Shown here piece after piece: positions 11,450-23,137 of a stretch of 64,000 nt of DNA (positions within the stretch are counted from its first letter, which is position 1; each line of letters begins with the position of its first letter). Both the position numbers and the translations under genes were made by a program. This DNA is from Gammaproteobacteria bacterium (GTDB taxonomy: Bacteria; Pseudomonadota; Gammaproteobacteria; GCA-001735895): positions 32,001 through 96,000 of the forward strand of contig JBNKUM010000076.1 in NCBI GenBank assembly GCA_050298595.1, read 5' to 3'. The notes below the pieces were generated by a model. That model was not told where the DNA came from. It worked only from the letters and a program-made list of their open reading frames with translations, and ran no database searches.

Positions 11450-11499
11450 AACCTGAATACGTAGCGTCAGGGACCTGCATGAAGCTACGAATTCAGGTT
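11450..11499. repeat. Imperfect 50-bp palindrome (REP-like or terminator-like hairpin)
   Basis: AACCTGAATACGTAGCGTCA...TGAAGCTACGAATTCAGGTT; 20-bp arms with two mismatches. Confidence 0.5.
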
Positions 11500-11521
11500 T
11501 ATCGTAAGCATAGTTCGAATT

Positions 11522-12691
11522 TCATTGATTGCGCAGCAACCCGGATAAGGTTTTTAACAAGCGGTCAATATGAGAGAATTCATGTGCTGCACTCAGGGTA
11601 ATACGCAGTCGCGCACTACCATCAGGTACTGTGGGTGGGCGTATAGCAGCGACATGCACACCTTGATCAAATAATTGCTGACTAATACCAAGACAGGCAT
11701 GATTATCACCAATAACTACAGGCTGAATAGCAGTATCGGAAGGCATGAGTGCAATCTCCAGTAAGGCCGCCTGTTGTTTGAAATAGCTGATATTGTGCTG
11801 CAATTTTTCCCTGCGCCAGCCTTCATGCTGAATGAGATCGATACTTTTTATCACCGCCGCTGAAACTGCTGGTGGGCTGGCGGTGGTATAGATATAGCTG
11901 CGCGCGCGCTGAATCAGGGTTTCGATCAATACATCATTGCCGGCCACAAAGGCACCACTAACCCCCACAGCCTTACCCAGAGTAGCCATCAAAATTGGCA
12001 CCTGTTGTTGCGTAACATGTTCTGCCTCGCACAGACCAGCGCCTGTTTCACCCAGCACACCAAAGCCATGTGCATCGTCAATCATCAACCAGCTATCGCT
12101 TTGCAGGGCTAGCTTTGCCATCTGTTTGATATCGGCACAATCCCCATCCATACTAAAAACCGCATCGGTCATAATCAGGCGTCGAGCATCGGGTTTATCC
12201 CGCTGAGCCTGTTGTAGCTGCTGGTCTAACTGAGTGAGATCATTATGTGCATAGCGTAAAAACCTGGCTCGTGAGAGCTGTGCTGCATCGATCAACGAAG
12301 CGTGATTGAGCTTATCCTGAAATACAAAATCGTTACGCGATAGTAATGCCGAAGTAATCGCCAGATTGGCCATATAGCCTGTGCTAAATAACAGGGCGCG
12401 CTCACGACCGGTAAATTCAGCAAGCTTGTGCTCACAGTCATGATGTAACTGGCTGTGACCATTGACCAGATGCGCCGAACCGCTACCAACACCGAAGTGC
12501 TCAGTGGCATCTTTAAAAGCCTGTTTGATGGCTGGATGATTAGCCAGCCCCAGATAGTCATTGCTGCAAAAAGACAGCAGTTTTTGACCATTGACCTGAC
12601 TTTCGACTGATTGTGCAGATTCCATCACCAGGCGGCGACGGTATAAGCCCTGTTCCTTGCGCTTCTGTAGATCAGCTTCAAGTTTATCCAT
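11522..12691 (-). CDS. bioF: 8-amino-7-oxononanoate synthase
   Basis: FCSNDYLGL, DKLNHASLID, VFSMDGD, DDAHGFG, TLGKA, IRPPTVP. Confidence 0.97.
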   Translation of the reverse strand: MDKLEADLQKRKEQGLYRRRLVMESAQSVESQVNGQKLLSFCSNDYLGLANHPAIKQAFKDATEHFGVGSGSAHLVNGHSQLHHDCEHKLAEFTGRERALLFSTGYMANLAITSALLSRNDFVFQDKLNHASLIDAAQLSRARFLRYAHNDLTQLDQQLQQAQRDKPDARRLIMTDAVFSMDGDCADIKQMAKLALQSDSWLMIDDAHGFGVLGETGAGLCEAEHVTQQQVPILMATLGKAVGVSGAFVAGNDVLIETLIQRARSYIYTTASPPAVSAAVIKSIDLIQHEGWRREKLQHNISYFKQQAALLEIALMPSDTAIQPVVIGDNHACLGISQQLFDQGVHVAAIRPPTVPDGSARLRITLSAAHEFSHIDRLLKTLSGLLRNQ

Positions 12692-12697
12692 TATTTA

Positions 12698-13678
12698 TCA
12701 TGCCGCTGATTGCTGAGCCTCTTTTAAAGCTTCTGGCTTAATACCCAGGCGCTCGAATAATTCAAGATCCTTGTTCTCGGAGGGGTTTTCTGTTGTAAGC
12801 AGCTTCTCGCCATAAAAAATAGAGTTCGCGCCTGCAAAGAAACACATCGCCTGCATTTCATCGCTCATATCATTTCGCCCAGCTGACAAACGTACCGCAG
12901 ATTTTGGCATCAGTATCCTGGCCACCGCGATAGTGCGTACAAAAACCAGAGGATCCAGCGTATCAATGCCATATAGCGGGGTATTCTTCACCTGTACCAG
13001 CAGGTTAATCGGCACAGATTCAGGATGACGCGGCATATTCGCCAGTTGCTGCAACAGGCTGGCTCGATCCTGTTCATCTTCACCCATACCTATAATACCG
13101 CCACTACAGACATTGATATTTTCATCCTGTACATGTTTCAGCGTATCCAGGCGATCCTGGTAGGTACGCGTGGTAATAATTTCGCCGTAGTACTCAGGCG
13201 AGGTATCCAGATTATGATTGTAATAATCCAGACCGGCCTGTTTCAGTTTAGCCGTTTGCTGTTTGGTCAACATACCCAGGGTGACACAGGTTTCCATGCC
13301 CAGATCTTTAACCACCGAAATCATTTCAATCACAGAATCGAGATTTCTATCGGTTGGATTACGCCATGCAGCCCCCATACAGAAACGAGTAGCACCATTT
13401 TTCTTTGCCGTTAGAGCAGCCTGTTTGACTTCCTCTAAAGCCAGTAAACGTTCTTTTTCCAGCTCAGTATCATGCTTTGAACTCTGCGGACAGTAAGAGC
13501 AATCCTCCGGGCAGGCACCGGTTTTTATGCTCAATAATGAACTGATCTGTACCGTGTTTGGATCAAAGTTCTGTCTATGTATGGTATGCGCCTGAAACAA
13601 TAAATCGTTGAAAGGTAGATCAAAAAGTGCTTTGATTTCAGGCAGGGTCCAATTGTGGCGCAGTGTGGTATCAGTCAT
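12698..13678 (-). CDS. bioB: Biotin synthase
   Basis: [50 protein letters not shown]; start taken at ATG 13678. Confidence 0.98.
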   Translation of the reverse strand: MTDTTLRHNWTLPEIKALFDLPFNDLLFQAHTIHRQNFDPNTVQISSLLSIKTGACPEDCSYCPQSSKHDTELEKERLLALEEVKQAALTAKKNGATRFCMGAAWRNPTDRNLDSVIEMISVVKDLGMETCVTLGMLTKQQTAKLKQAGLDYYNHNLDTSPEYYGEIITTRTYQDRLDTLKHVQDENINVCSGGIIGMGEDEQDRASLLQQLANMPRHPESVPINLLVQVKNTPLYGIDTLDPLVFVRTIAVARILMPKSAVRLSAGRNDMSDEMQAMCFFAGANSIFYGEKLLTTENPSENKDLELFERLGIKPEALKEAQQSAA

Positions 13679-13736
13679 CAGACAAACCGGCAATTCAAAA
13701 AGGCCCACCAGTCTATTCAATGCTTAGGATTAGTCA

Positions 13737-14453
13737 ATGTCAGGAAGACGAATATATCTCAATATCAGACATAAATTAGGCCGTATACTGAATCCGGCCT
13801 TATGTCAGATATGTGGTATCCCTGTTTCAGCTAATACCAGTTACTGCCGGCATTGCTGGGCGGGGTTTGATCGAGTACATAATGCCTGCGTCCTGTGCGG
13901 TCTACCCAATCATGCCAGCGGTACTATTTGCCCGGCCTGCCTGCATACCCCTCCTCCCTGGCAGTACATGTGTGCCCCCCTGGTCTATTCAGGCCATACG
14001 CGTGATGAAATACATCGCCTTAAATATTTATACCGAATAGAGTTAGCTCAGACACTGCTAAAACGACTACATCCTGAATTTAAAACTGAGGGCAAGATAG
14101 AAGCGTTGATACCTGTTCCATTGCATAGATCACGACTATTGGAACGCGGCTTTAATCAATCAGAAGAAATAGCTCGAATTTTATCAGATTATCTAAACAT
14201 CCCTCTGGACAGGCAGTGCCTTAAACGCATCCGTGCAACACAGCCCCAGACCGGATTGAGCCCTTCCAAACGACGAAATAACATCAGACGAGCTTTTGAA
14301 TACGCCCCAAACAAATCCTATCAAACGGTCGCCATTATCGATGACGTAATAACCAGCGGCAGCACTATGAGTGAAATTTGCCGATTATTGCATCGAAAAG
14401 GAGTTCAGCATATAGAGGTCTGGAGTCTGGCCAGAACCTTAAAAAGTACCTGA
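13737..14453 (+). CDS. comF: ComF/GntX family double zinc ribbon phosphoribosyltransferase-like protein
   Basis: Four CxxC motifs, PVPLH, ERGFNQS, IIDDVITSGST; divergent from bioB. Confidence 0.9.
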   Translation: MSGRRIYLNIRHKLGRILNPALCQICGIPVSANTSYCRHCWAGFDRVHNACVLCGLPNHASGTICPACLHTPPPWQYMCAPLVYSGHTRDEIHRLKYLYRIELAQTLLKRLHPEFKTEGKIEALIPVPLHRSRLLERGFNQSEEIARILSDYLNIPLDRQCLKRIRATQPQTGLSPSKRRNNIRRAFEYAPNKSYQTVAIIDDVITSGSTMSEICRLLHRKGVQHIEVWSLARTLKST

Positions 14454-14473
14454 GCATCGCTTCCAGTTAAACC

Positions 14474-16090
14474 TCAAACCCTGAACTTCTCTACCAACCC
14501 TTTCAATTCTGCCGCAATATGAGTTAACTCGATTCCAGCCTGATAGGTTTGTTCCACTGTCTCGGCATTATGTTTGGCCATATCGCTGATGCGGACTACA
14601 TTGTTTTCCATATTTTCAGCTACGGCACTCTGCTCCTGAGTCGCAGCGGCAATATGCCCACTCATGACATCAATGCGAGATACTGACTCCGCTATGGTTG
14701 TTAGCGATCCTCCGGCCAGTTCGGCCTGATCCACCACAGAGTAGGTTTTTTCACGACTTTGCTCCATCGCTCTAACCGATTCACGTGCTCCGGTTTGCAG
14801 CTTATCAATAATACTATTGATCTCTTCGGTTGATTGCTGAGTTCGACCCGCCAGGGTTCTAACCTCATCTGCCACCACCGCAAAGCCTCTCCCCTGTTCA
14901 CCCGCTCGCGCAGCTTCAATGGCTGCATTTAATGCCAGCAAGTTAGTTTGCTCGGCTATACCTTTAATAACATCCAGAACCGTATTGATGTTTTCACTAT
15001 CCTTCTCAACATTCTGGATCAGACCAGAGGTCTTTTCTATCAATTCGGCAAGATGCTGAATTCCCTTGATGGCATCATGTACCAGCTTACTTCCCTTCTC
15101 GGTTTCAGTATTGGCAGCATTGGCTGCATTAGCCGAATCGGTAACACTTTGTAATACCTCTCGAACAGCAGAACTCATTTCTCCCATTGCCGAGGAGATC
15201 TGCTCGGTTTCCTGGTGCTGCTGCTGGATATTTTCGTTGGTCTTCATCATCACGGTGGAAACCTGCTGCGACATCGCTGATAGCTGCTGGGTGGTGGTAC
15301 TAATTTTTGTGATCATTTCCAGCAATCTCTGCTGCATGGATTTCAGCCCTCGCATCAAATCACCGAATTCATCCTTCCGGGTAACATTTATGGTTGAGGT
15401 TAAATCACCATCGGCGACCTTTTTCAGTTGTTCTAAAAACGTAGGCAAACAGGTCAGTATGCGCGACATAATCAGATACACCAGCCCGATACCAGCCAAA
15501 ACTATTATTGAGCCTATGATGATGGAGCGAACAGAAGAGGTGGTGAGTTTTTTCTGTTTCAAAAGAATTGCTTCTGTCTTCTGCTCTACCTCGGCCAGAA
15601 AACCATCTACTTCTTCAGACATTTTTGCGGCGACTTCGTCGAACGAAGCCATCATTTTGTTACCACCTTCTGGCCCTGTATCTATATAGGATTGAGCCAT
15701 TTTTTTGCCAGTTTCATAATAGGCATTAAATACCGGCGTCATAGCCCGATATCTATCGGCACCCTCTGTATCCAGTTGGACCAATTCATCTACCAGTTGA
15801 TGAAATATTCTGGCATTATTCTCAGCCTCATCAAATCCATCGTTCAAGCCATCGCGACCACGGGTTGCGCTAATATCGCTTAGCCATTGCTGAACCTGAA
15901 CCACTGCGAGTTTCATCCGGTGAGCATTATTGAGTATCGGTATGTTTTTTTCTGCAAGCATGAAGGTTTCATCATTAATCTTCATATTATCCAGCACAAT
16001 AACCGAGCCCTCGACGATGACTACCAGTGCAAGAAAAAGTGATAACAGAAGAAACCGAGTAGACAGTTTGATGCTATTTATCGAAGCCAT
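14474..16090 (-). CDS. Methyl-accepting chemotaxis protein (2 TM, helical sensor, HAMP)
   Basis: IAEQTNLLALNAAIEAARAGEQGRGFAVVADEVRTLA; start 16090 or 16117. Confidence 0.96.
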   Translation of the reverse strand: MASINSIKLSTRFLLLSLFLALVVIVEGSVIVLDNMKINDETFMLAEKNIPILNNAHRMKLAVVQVQQWLSDISATRGRDGLNDGFDEAENNARIFHQLVDELVQLDTEGADRYRAMTPVFNAYYETGKKMAQSYIDTGPEGGNKMMASFDEVAAKMSEEVDGFLAEVEQKTEAILLKQKKLTTSSVRSIIIGSIIVLAGIGLVYLIMSRILTCLPTFLEQLKKVADGDLTSTINVTRKDEFGDLMRGLKSMQQRLLEMITKISTTTQQLSAMSQQVSTVMMKTNENIQQQHQETEQISSAMGEMSSAVREVLQSVTDSANAANAANTETEKGSKLVHDAIKGIQHLAELIEKTSGLIQNVEKDSENINTVLDVIKGIAEQTNLLALNAAIEAARAGEQGRGFAVVADEVRTLAGRTQQSTEEINSIIDKLQTGARESVRAMEQSREKTYSVVDQAELAGGSLTTIAESVSRIDVMSGHIAAATQEQSAVAENMENNVVRISDMAKHNAETVEQTYQAGIELTHIAAELKGLVEKFRV

Positions 16091-16194
16091 TTTTTTCCAT
16101 GTAATACCAAGAAACAAAAAGGATCATTTCAATGATCCCAATATGATTTTTTTATTAGAATTTATCTAGATTACCTTAGCAGGGATTTATTGTT

Positions 16195-16221
16195 TTTTCG
16201 GAAAAACCAGATAAAACTTTA
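16195..16221 (-). promoter_or_regulatory. Putative sigma28 (FliA) promoter of the MCP gene
   Basis: Minus strand TAAAGTTT-N11-TCCGAAAA versus consensus TAAAGTTT-N11-GCCGATAA. Confidence 0.55.
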
Positions 16222-16263
16222 AAAAATGTTTCGAATATCAGATAGCAGCCACTGAGCTCAGTG

Positions 16264-17133
16264 TTATGCCATATAGTAGTGCGCCATAATCCCGTAAAAC
16301 ACCACAGCCCCCACCCAGTGGTTATGCAGAAAAGCATGGAAGCAGTATTCGGGTAAACGGTTTTGAATCATTACCTGTTCATAGGCGAGAAGTATGGCCG
16401 CAAAAATCAAACCAATATAATAAACAGGGGTGAATTCCAGGTTTACTCCAATCAGCCACATGGTCAATATAAACAGAAACTGCAAAATTCCGATAATCAA
16501 TTTATCCGCATCACCAAACAAGATAGCGGTCGATTTCACACCGATTTTTAAATCATCCTCACGGTCGGCCATGCCGTACATGGTGTCGTAAGCCACGGTC
16601 CATAACAGATTTGCGGTATACAAGAGCCAGGTAATACTGTTCACCTCACCGGTTTGCGCTGCCCATGCCATAGGCACCCCCCAGCCAAAAGCTGCACCAA
16701 GATGCACCTGTGGCAGATAATGATAACGTTTCATAAAAGGATAACTGGCAGCCAGCAATACACCACCGACTGAGAGATAAATAGTAAAGGTATTCAGCGT
16801 AAGCACCAGCAAAAACGCTACTAAGGCCAAAACAGAAAACACCACCAAGGCTTCTTTATCGCTGATCTTGCCGCTGGTTAATGGACGCTCCCTGGTACGG
16901 GTTACATGCAGATCTATATGACGATCAGCATAATCATTTATTGCACAGCCTGCCGAACGCATCAGAAAAACCCCAACCACAAATACGAACAAAACCCATA
17001 GATCAGGCCGTCCTTCAGAAGCCATAGCCAGTGACCACAGGGTTGGCCACAAAAGCAGATAGGTTCCAATCGGGCGGTCGAGCCGAATCAATTGCGCGTA
17101 AAATTTTAACTTTTCGAGAATATGCGACAGCAT
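16264..17133 (-). CDS. ubiA: 4-hydroxybenzoate octaprenyltransferase
   Basis: RLDRPIGTYLLLWP, MRSAGCAINDYADR, YDTMYGMADREDD, IGVKSTAILFG. Confidence 0.97.
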   Translation of the reverse strand: MLSHILEKLKFYAQLIRLDRPIGTYLLLWPTLWSLAMASEGRPDLWVLFVFVVGVFLMRSAGCAINDYADRHIDLHVTRTRERPLTSGKISDKEALVVFSVLALVAFLLVLTLNTFTIYLSVGGVLLAASYPFMKRYHYLPQVHLGAAFGWGVPMAWAAQTGEVNSITWLLYTANLLWTVAYDTMYGMADREDDLKIGVKSTAILFGDADKLIIGILQFLFILTMWLIGVNLEFTPVYYIGLIFAAILLAYEQVMIQNRLPEYCFHAFLHNHWVGAVVFYGIMAHYYMA

Positions 17134-17196
17134 GATGGATGATTGTAATCTGTAAGTTAGTTACACTAGCCCAACATTTTATCACAGGGCTTAGTA

Positions 17197-17721
17197 ATGA
17201 TCCGTGCCTTTGAATCGAAACTACCGCAAATACCTGACTCCTGCTTCATTGACCCTCAGGCAAGCATCATCGGTGACGTTACACTGGGCGAAGATTGCTC
17301 AGTATGGCCCATGACGGTAATACGAGGAGATGTAAACTACATACGCATAGGCAAATGCAGCAATATACAGGATGGTAGCGTATTGCATGTGAGCCATGCG
17401 GGAGAATACAACCCCGATGGTGCCGCACTAATCATTGGCGACTACGTCACTGTCGGACATAAAGTTCTGCTACATGCCTGCACCATTGGCAATGACTGCC
17501 TGATCGGCATGGGTTCTATCGTGATGGATAATGCAGTCATTGAAGACCAGGTTATGTTAGGTGCAGGCTCTCTGGTAGCACCGGGTAAAACATTGCAAAG
17601 TGGATATCTGTATCTGGGTAACCCCTGTAAACAGGTACGCAAACTCAAACCACGTGAGCTAGAATTCCTGCGTTATTCGGCGGAGCATTACCAACGTCTG
17701 ATGCAACGTCATAAACAATAA
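17197..17721 (+). CDS. Gamma-carbonic anhydrase family protein (YrdA-like)
   Basis: Hexapeptide repeats; RGDVNYIRIG, NIQDGSVLH, VGH, LHAC. Confidence 0.92.
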   Translation: MIRAFESKLPQIPDSCFIDPQASIIGDVTLGEDCSVWPMTVIRGDVNYIRIGKCSNIQDGSVLHVSHAGEYNPDGAALIIGDYVTVGHKVLLHACTIGNDCLIGMGSIVMDNAVIEDQVMLGAGSLVAPGKTLQSGYLYLGNPCKQVRKLKPRELEFLRYSAEHYQRLMQRHKQ

Positions 17722-17762
17722 AATACTTACTGATTTTTATACAAGAAGTTACGGAGTAAAAT

Positions 17763-17927
17763 ATGAAACATTGGGTATGCATAGTATGCGGATTTATCTA
17801 CGACCAGACCGAGGGTCTACCCGAAGAAGGCATCGCACCCGGAACCAGTTGGGATGACATACCCGATGACTGGGTATGCCCGGACTGTGGTGTAGGCAAA
17901 AAAGATTTTGAAATGGTAGCTTTTTAA
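17763..17927 (+). CDS. rubA: Rubredoxin
   Basis: Hand translation [54 protein letters not shown]; GGAG RBS; below the ORF-track cutoff. Confidence 0.96.
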   Translation: MKHWVCIVCGFIYDQTEGLPEEGIAPGTSWDDIPDDWVCPDCGVGKKDFEMVAF

Positions 17928-18066
17928 TCTAGCAGAATCAGAATATCTTGCACACTTAATCGCTACTACCTGAGATTTATCCGAGGGGAATAACAACTAG
18001 TTCGAATCACTACTGTGTCTCCCTTGCCAATCGAAGAGAATAGAGTGGACTGACCTCCCCTCAATG

Positions 18067-18261
18067 CTATGCCTTAGAAGAAACCTTTCGAGAATATTTG
18101 ATAGACTCTACCTGCTCATTCATATCCTCAATCATTTCCAGCAAAAACCGGGAATGCGCGTTATCCTGTTTTGAACCATTGAGACTAACGCGATCCGAAA
18201 TCTTTCTGATTGTATCTATCAGGGTAATATCTTCGTCGTTTGAATCCGTAGAATAATACAT
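18067..18261 (-). CDS. Small hypothetical protein
   Basis: 64-aa ORF with a GAAGG RBS-like sequence in an otherwise empty intergenic region. Confidence 0.5.
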   Translation of the reverse strand: MYYSTDSNDEDITLIDTIRKISDRVSLNGSKQDNAHSRFLLEMIEDMNEQVESIKYSRKVSSKA

Positions 18262-18493
18262 TTTTCAACCTTCTTCAGTGCTGTTTTCATAACATATATT
18301 GAAGCACCATTAACAATTAATTACTGTGAAGCACGGATAATTTTCCCTGTGAACTGTTTACCATTTATAAGGAATCACCTTAAAAATTTGTTAACCCAAT
18401 CATTCCGAGACAGCCTGTTTAATTTTCAGTTGCAAGACTGGAAAACCTGAGAAATCCATGATGAATCCGTTTGGTAACACTATGTAGTAATAT

Positions 18494-20693
<2,200 letters not shown>

Positions 20694-20732
20694 TCGAACT
20701 CTGATACAACCTACGAAACATAGAGCCATCGG

Positions 20733-21338
20733 TTAACTATTACTGTCATCCCAATCATTGCGCAGCCTTTCCAGCCCCAGACGAAATGCTTCCGCATCGC
20801 CATAGTCAAAAAACTTTGCTGTCAATGCATGAGGGTCCTGGCTGCGTCGAGCATGTTTGATTGGACACCAGTATTGCTCTGTCCTTGCGGTAATCGCTCT
20901 GGCGTATTCGATCAGGCCATTACCATAACTACAGTAGATGCAGTTCAGCTTTTCGATCATATTAAGATAGGCCAGGTATTGGTGATCGATCAACAGGAAA
21001 TCCCGTCGCCGTAGCAGAGGAATCCTGTAAACCCTGAAACAGATATGTTGGTAAACAGTGAGCGACAGATCCAGTAGCAACAGTGGAAAAATCATCCCGT
21101 AGATCAACGGTGCTGTCAGGATATAGGCGATAGGCGCATCAGCAATATAACGCCAGACCCCGGTTCTATGCTGCCTCTGTAACAGGCGCATTCTTTTTTT
21201 GAAGATAACCCTGCCACGTTGTAAGTGATATTCAAACTGTTGGCGCTTCTGCTCTAGTAAGCGATCAAGTTCCTTCTCCAGATCACGTTGAGCCTGTTGA
21301 AGCCGAGCCACTATTTCATCAAGTGCTGCTGATCTCAT
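20733..21338 (-). CDS. Conserved hypothetical membrane protein with CxYC and WCPIKH motifs
   Basis: 201 aa: coiled-coil N-terminus, one hydrophobic segment, EKLNCIYCSYGNG...TEQYWCPIKH. Confidence 0.8.
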   Translation of the reverse strand: MRSAALDEIVARLQQAQRDLEKELDRLLEQKRQQFEYHLQRGRVIFKKRMRLLQRQHRTGVWRYIADAPIAYILTAPLIYGMIFPLLLLDLSLTVYQHICFRVYRIPLLRRRDFLLIDHQYLAYLNMIEKLNCIYCSYGNGLIEYARAITARTEQYWCPIKHARRSQDPHALTAKFFDYGDAEAFRLGLERLRNDWDDSNS

Positions 21339-21418
21339 ATCAATTTCTCAGGTTATCGGCAGGAATAATTATTGATCCTGCTGCATGCCTGTCATGCAAA
21401 ACGACAATAATTTCAGCC

Positions 21419-23137
21419 TTATTTGTAAAGCGGTTCGAGTAGCGTACCGGTTTTGGTTGCAGATTGCCTGTTCTGTTGCTGGTTAATTTCACCCAGCAGC
21501 TTAGAAATCAACTCAAAATCAATTTGCTGTTGACTCCCTCCATACAGTACCGCATCCAGTTTTTTTAATTCATGACCCAATGTCTCGGGGACAATTCGGA
21601 CTATATCGGCTAGCGTTTTTACCTGCTGCGAGGAGAATACCGCCTGACCCCAAAGCAGTAGCGCGGAGCGACAGGCTGCAGCATCCTGCTGAAGGCAGGC
21701 TTGCTGTACTTGTTTGAAAAGTGTTTTATGCATAATTGTCACGTCCGTTTTATTGCTATCCTCTGTACGCTTTTTGCTTTTCTCGAACAAAAACCACGCT
21801 GCAGCAGTCGTTAACCAGCCCAATAGTGAGAGTACGGCAAGCCACATCCAGAGAGATTCATCGGCCTCAGGCAAGCTCTGCTGAGCAGCAGGGGCATCTA
21901 GCTCAGGCGGAGTTGTAGGCGCGACAGGTGCGGCATCGGTAGGGGCGACTACCGATGGAGGCTGCGTAGCCGTTGGCGAGGGGACCACCTCGATCACTCG
22001 CTGTGGGATGCGGGCAACTTCACGCTTTTGAGTTTTGGTATTCCACCAGGGTATATCTATCGCCGGCAAGGTCATCTTTCCCGCACGGGTTGGAATAAAC
22101 GCAACCTTTTCCAGACGGTATCCACTCAGGCCAGTATCGTTTTTGATATTTTTCAGTATCGGTTGATCTGGATACTGCTTAAAACCATCGATAGTAACAT
22201 CCGGTAGTACAGGTAATTGTGCTGCACTCAAGCCTTCGGCCTTGATAGACAGGGTACGGGTGAGTGGTTCACCCTGCACAAATTTTGGCGGATTTTCAGC
22301 CCATTGTTCCAGCAACTGGAAATCGCTTGCAGGCAGCCAGGGACTCATATTTGCATTAGCGGGTACATCCATCACTTCGATTTCAATACCATTTGAGCGC
22401 GCACGTACTATCTTGCCTCGCGAAAAGGGATCAAATATAGAGTTAGAGCGAGAACCTGTCTGCCCTTCGGCCAGAGCAGGCTCTAGCTTTAGCGCACCAC
22501 TTTGCTGAGGGAATACGGCAAACTGTTTTTCTACCACCACATAGGGCTGCCCATTAAGGCGCGTCTGGTACTGTTTTTCATCACCTAGCGGTTCGACGAC
22601 AACATCACCCCCGCTAAACTTTAATTCCCCCATCCCATAGGCAGCAAGATTGTAAGCTGAAAATAGTTGCTGTGTAATGACCAGCTGTTGTTGCACATAG
22701 ACTTTTTGCTGATTAACTCTCACCCGTGTAAAAAAGTCTTTCGCCTGTGCATCATTCTGACTCGCTTCATTCACCGTCAATGTATAACTCGGGCTTTTAT
22801 CCGAACCAAAGGGTACTGGGGGTAAAACCAGCTTACCCTGCTGCTTCGCCATGGCAGTTAAGGTCCAGTTCTTTTTACTGCTGTAGCTACCGTTGATAAT
22901 ACTGAGATTACTACTTTGACTTCGGTTTAAAATATCCAGCTGACCTTCCAGCACTGAAAAGTCGGGGTCATCGTCCACATCGCCTTCGGTTTCATAAACC
23001 AGTTGAAACGATTCATTCAAACCCACTGGGTTGCGATCACTACGTACAACAATATTTGCTGCCGACACAGCCGCTGAAAACAGACATAGCTGCAGTAAGC
23101 CTACAGCGATGAGGATAATTCTATTTAGATTCACCAT
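21419..23137 (-). CDS. batD: BatD family protein
   Basis: Signal peptide, Ig-like beta repeats, WLPA, QGEPLTR, YPDQP, IPWWNT, C-terminal TM; last gene of the moxR-bat operon. Confidence 0.88.
   Translation of the reverse strand: MVNLNRIILIAVGLLQLCLFSAAVSAANIVVRSDRNPVGLNESFQLVYETEGDVDDDPDFSVLEGQLDILNRSQSSNLSIINGSYSSKKNWTLTAMAKQQGKLVLPPVPFGSDKSPSYTLTVNEASQNDAQAKDFFTRVRVNQQKVYVQQQLVITQQLFSAYNLAAYGMGELKFSGGDVVVEPLGDEKQYQTRLNGQPYVVVEKQFAVFPQQSGALKLEPALAEGQTGSRSNSIFDPFSRGKIVRARSNGIEIEVMDVPANANMSPWLPASDFQLLEQWAENPPKFVQGEPLTRTLSIKAEGLSAAQLPVLPDVTIDGFKQYPDQPILKNIKNDTGLSGYRLEKVAFIPTRAGKMTLPAIDIPWWNTKTQKREVARIPQRVIEVVPSPTATQPPSVVAPTDAAPVAPTTPPELDAPAAQQSLPEADESLWMWLAVLSLLGWLTTAAAWFLFEKSKKRTEDSNKTDVTIMHKTLFKQVQQACLQQDAAACRSALLLWGQAVFSSQQVKTLADIVRIVPETLGHELKKLDAVLYGGSQQQIDFELISKLLGEINQQQNRQSATKTGTLLEPLYK

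Noticed and set aside
15066-15689. Long antisense ORFs (also 46622-47224, 49122-49691, 55367-55903 and others)
   Set aside because: Shadow or alternate-frame ORFs over well-supported genes, with no motifs or RBS
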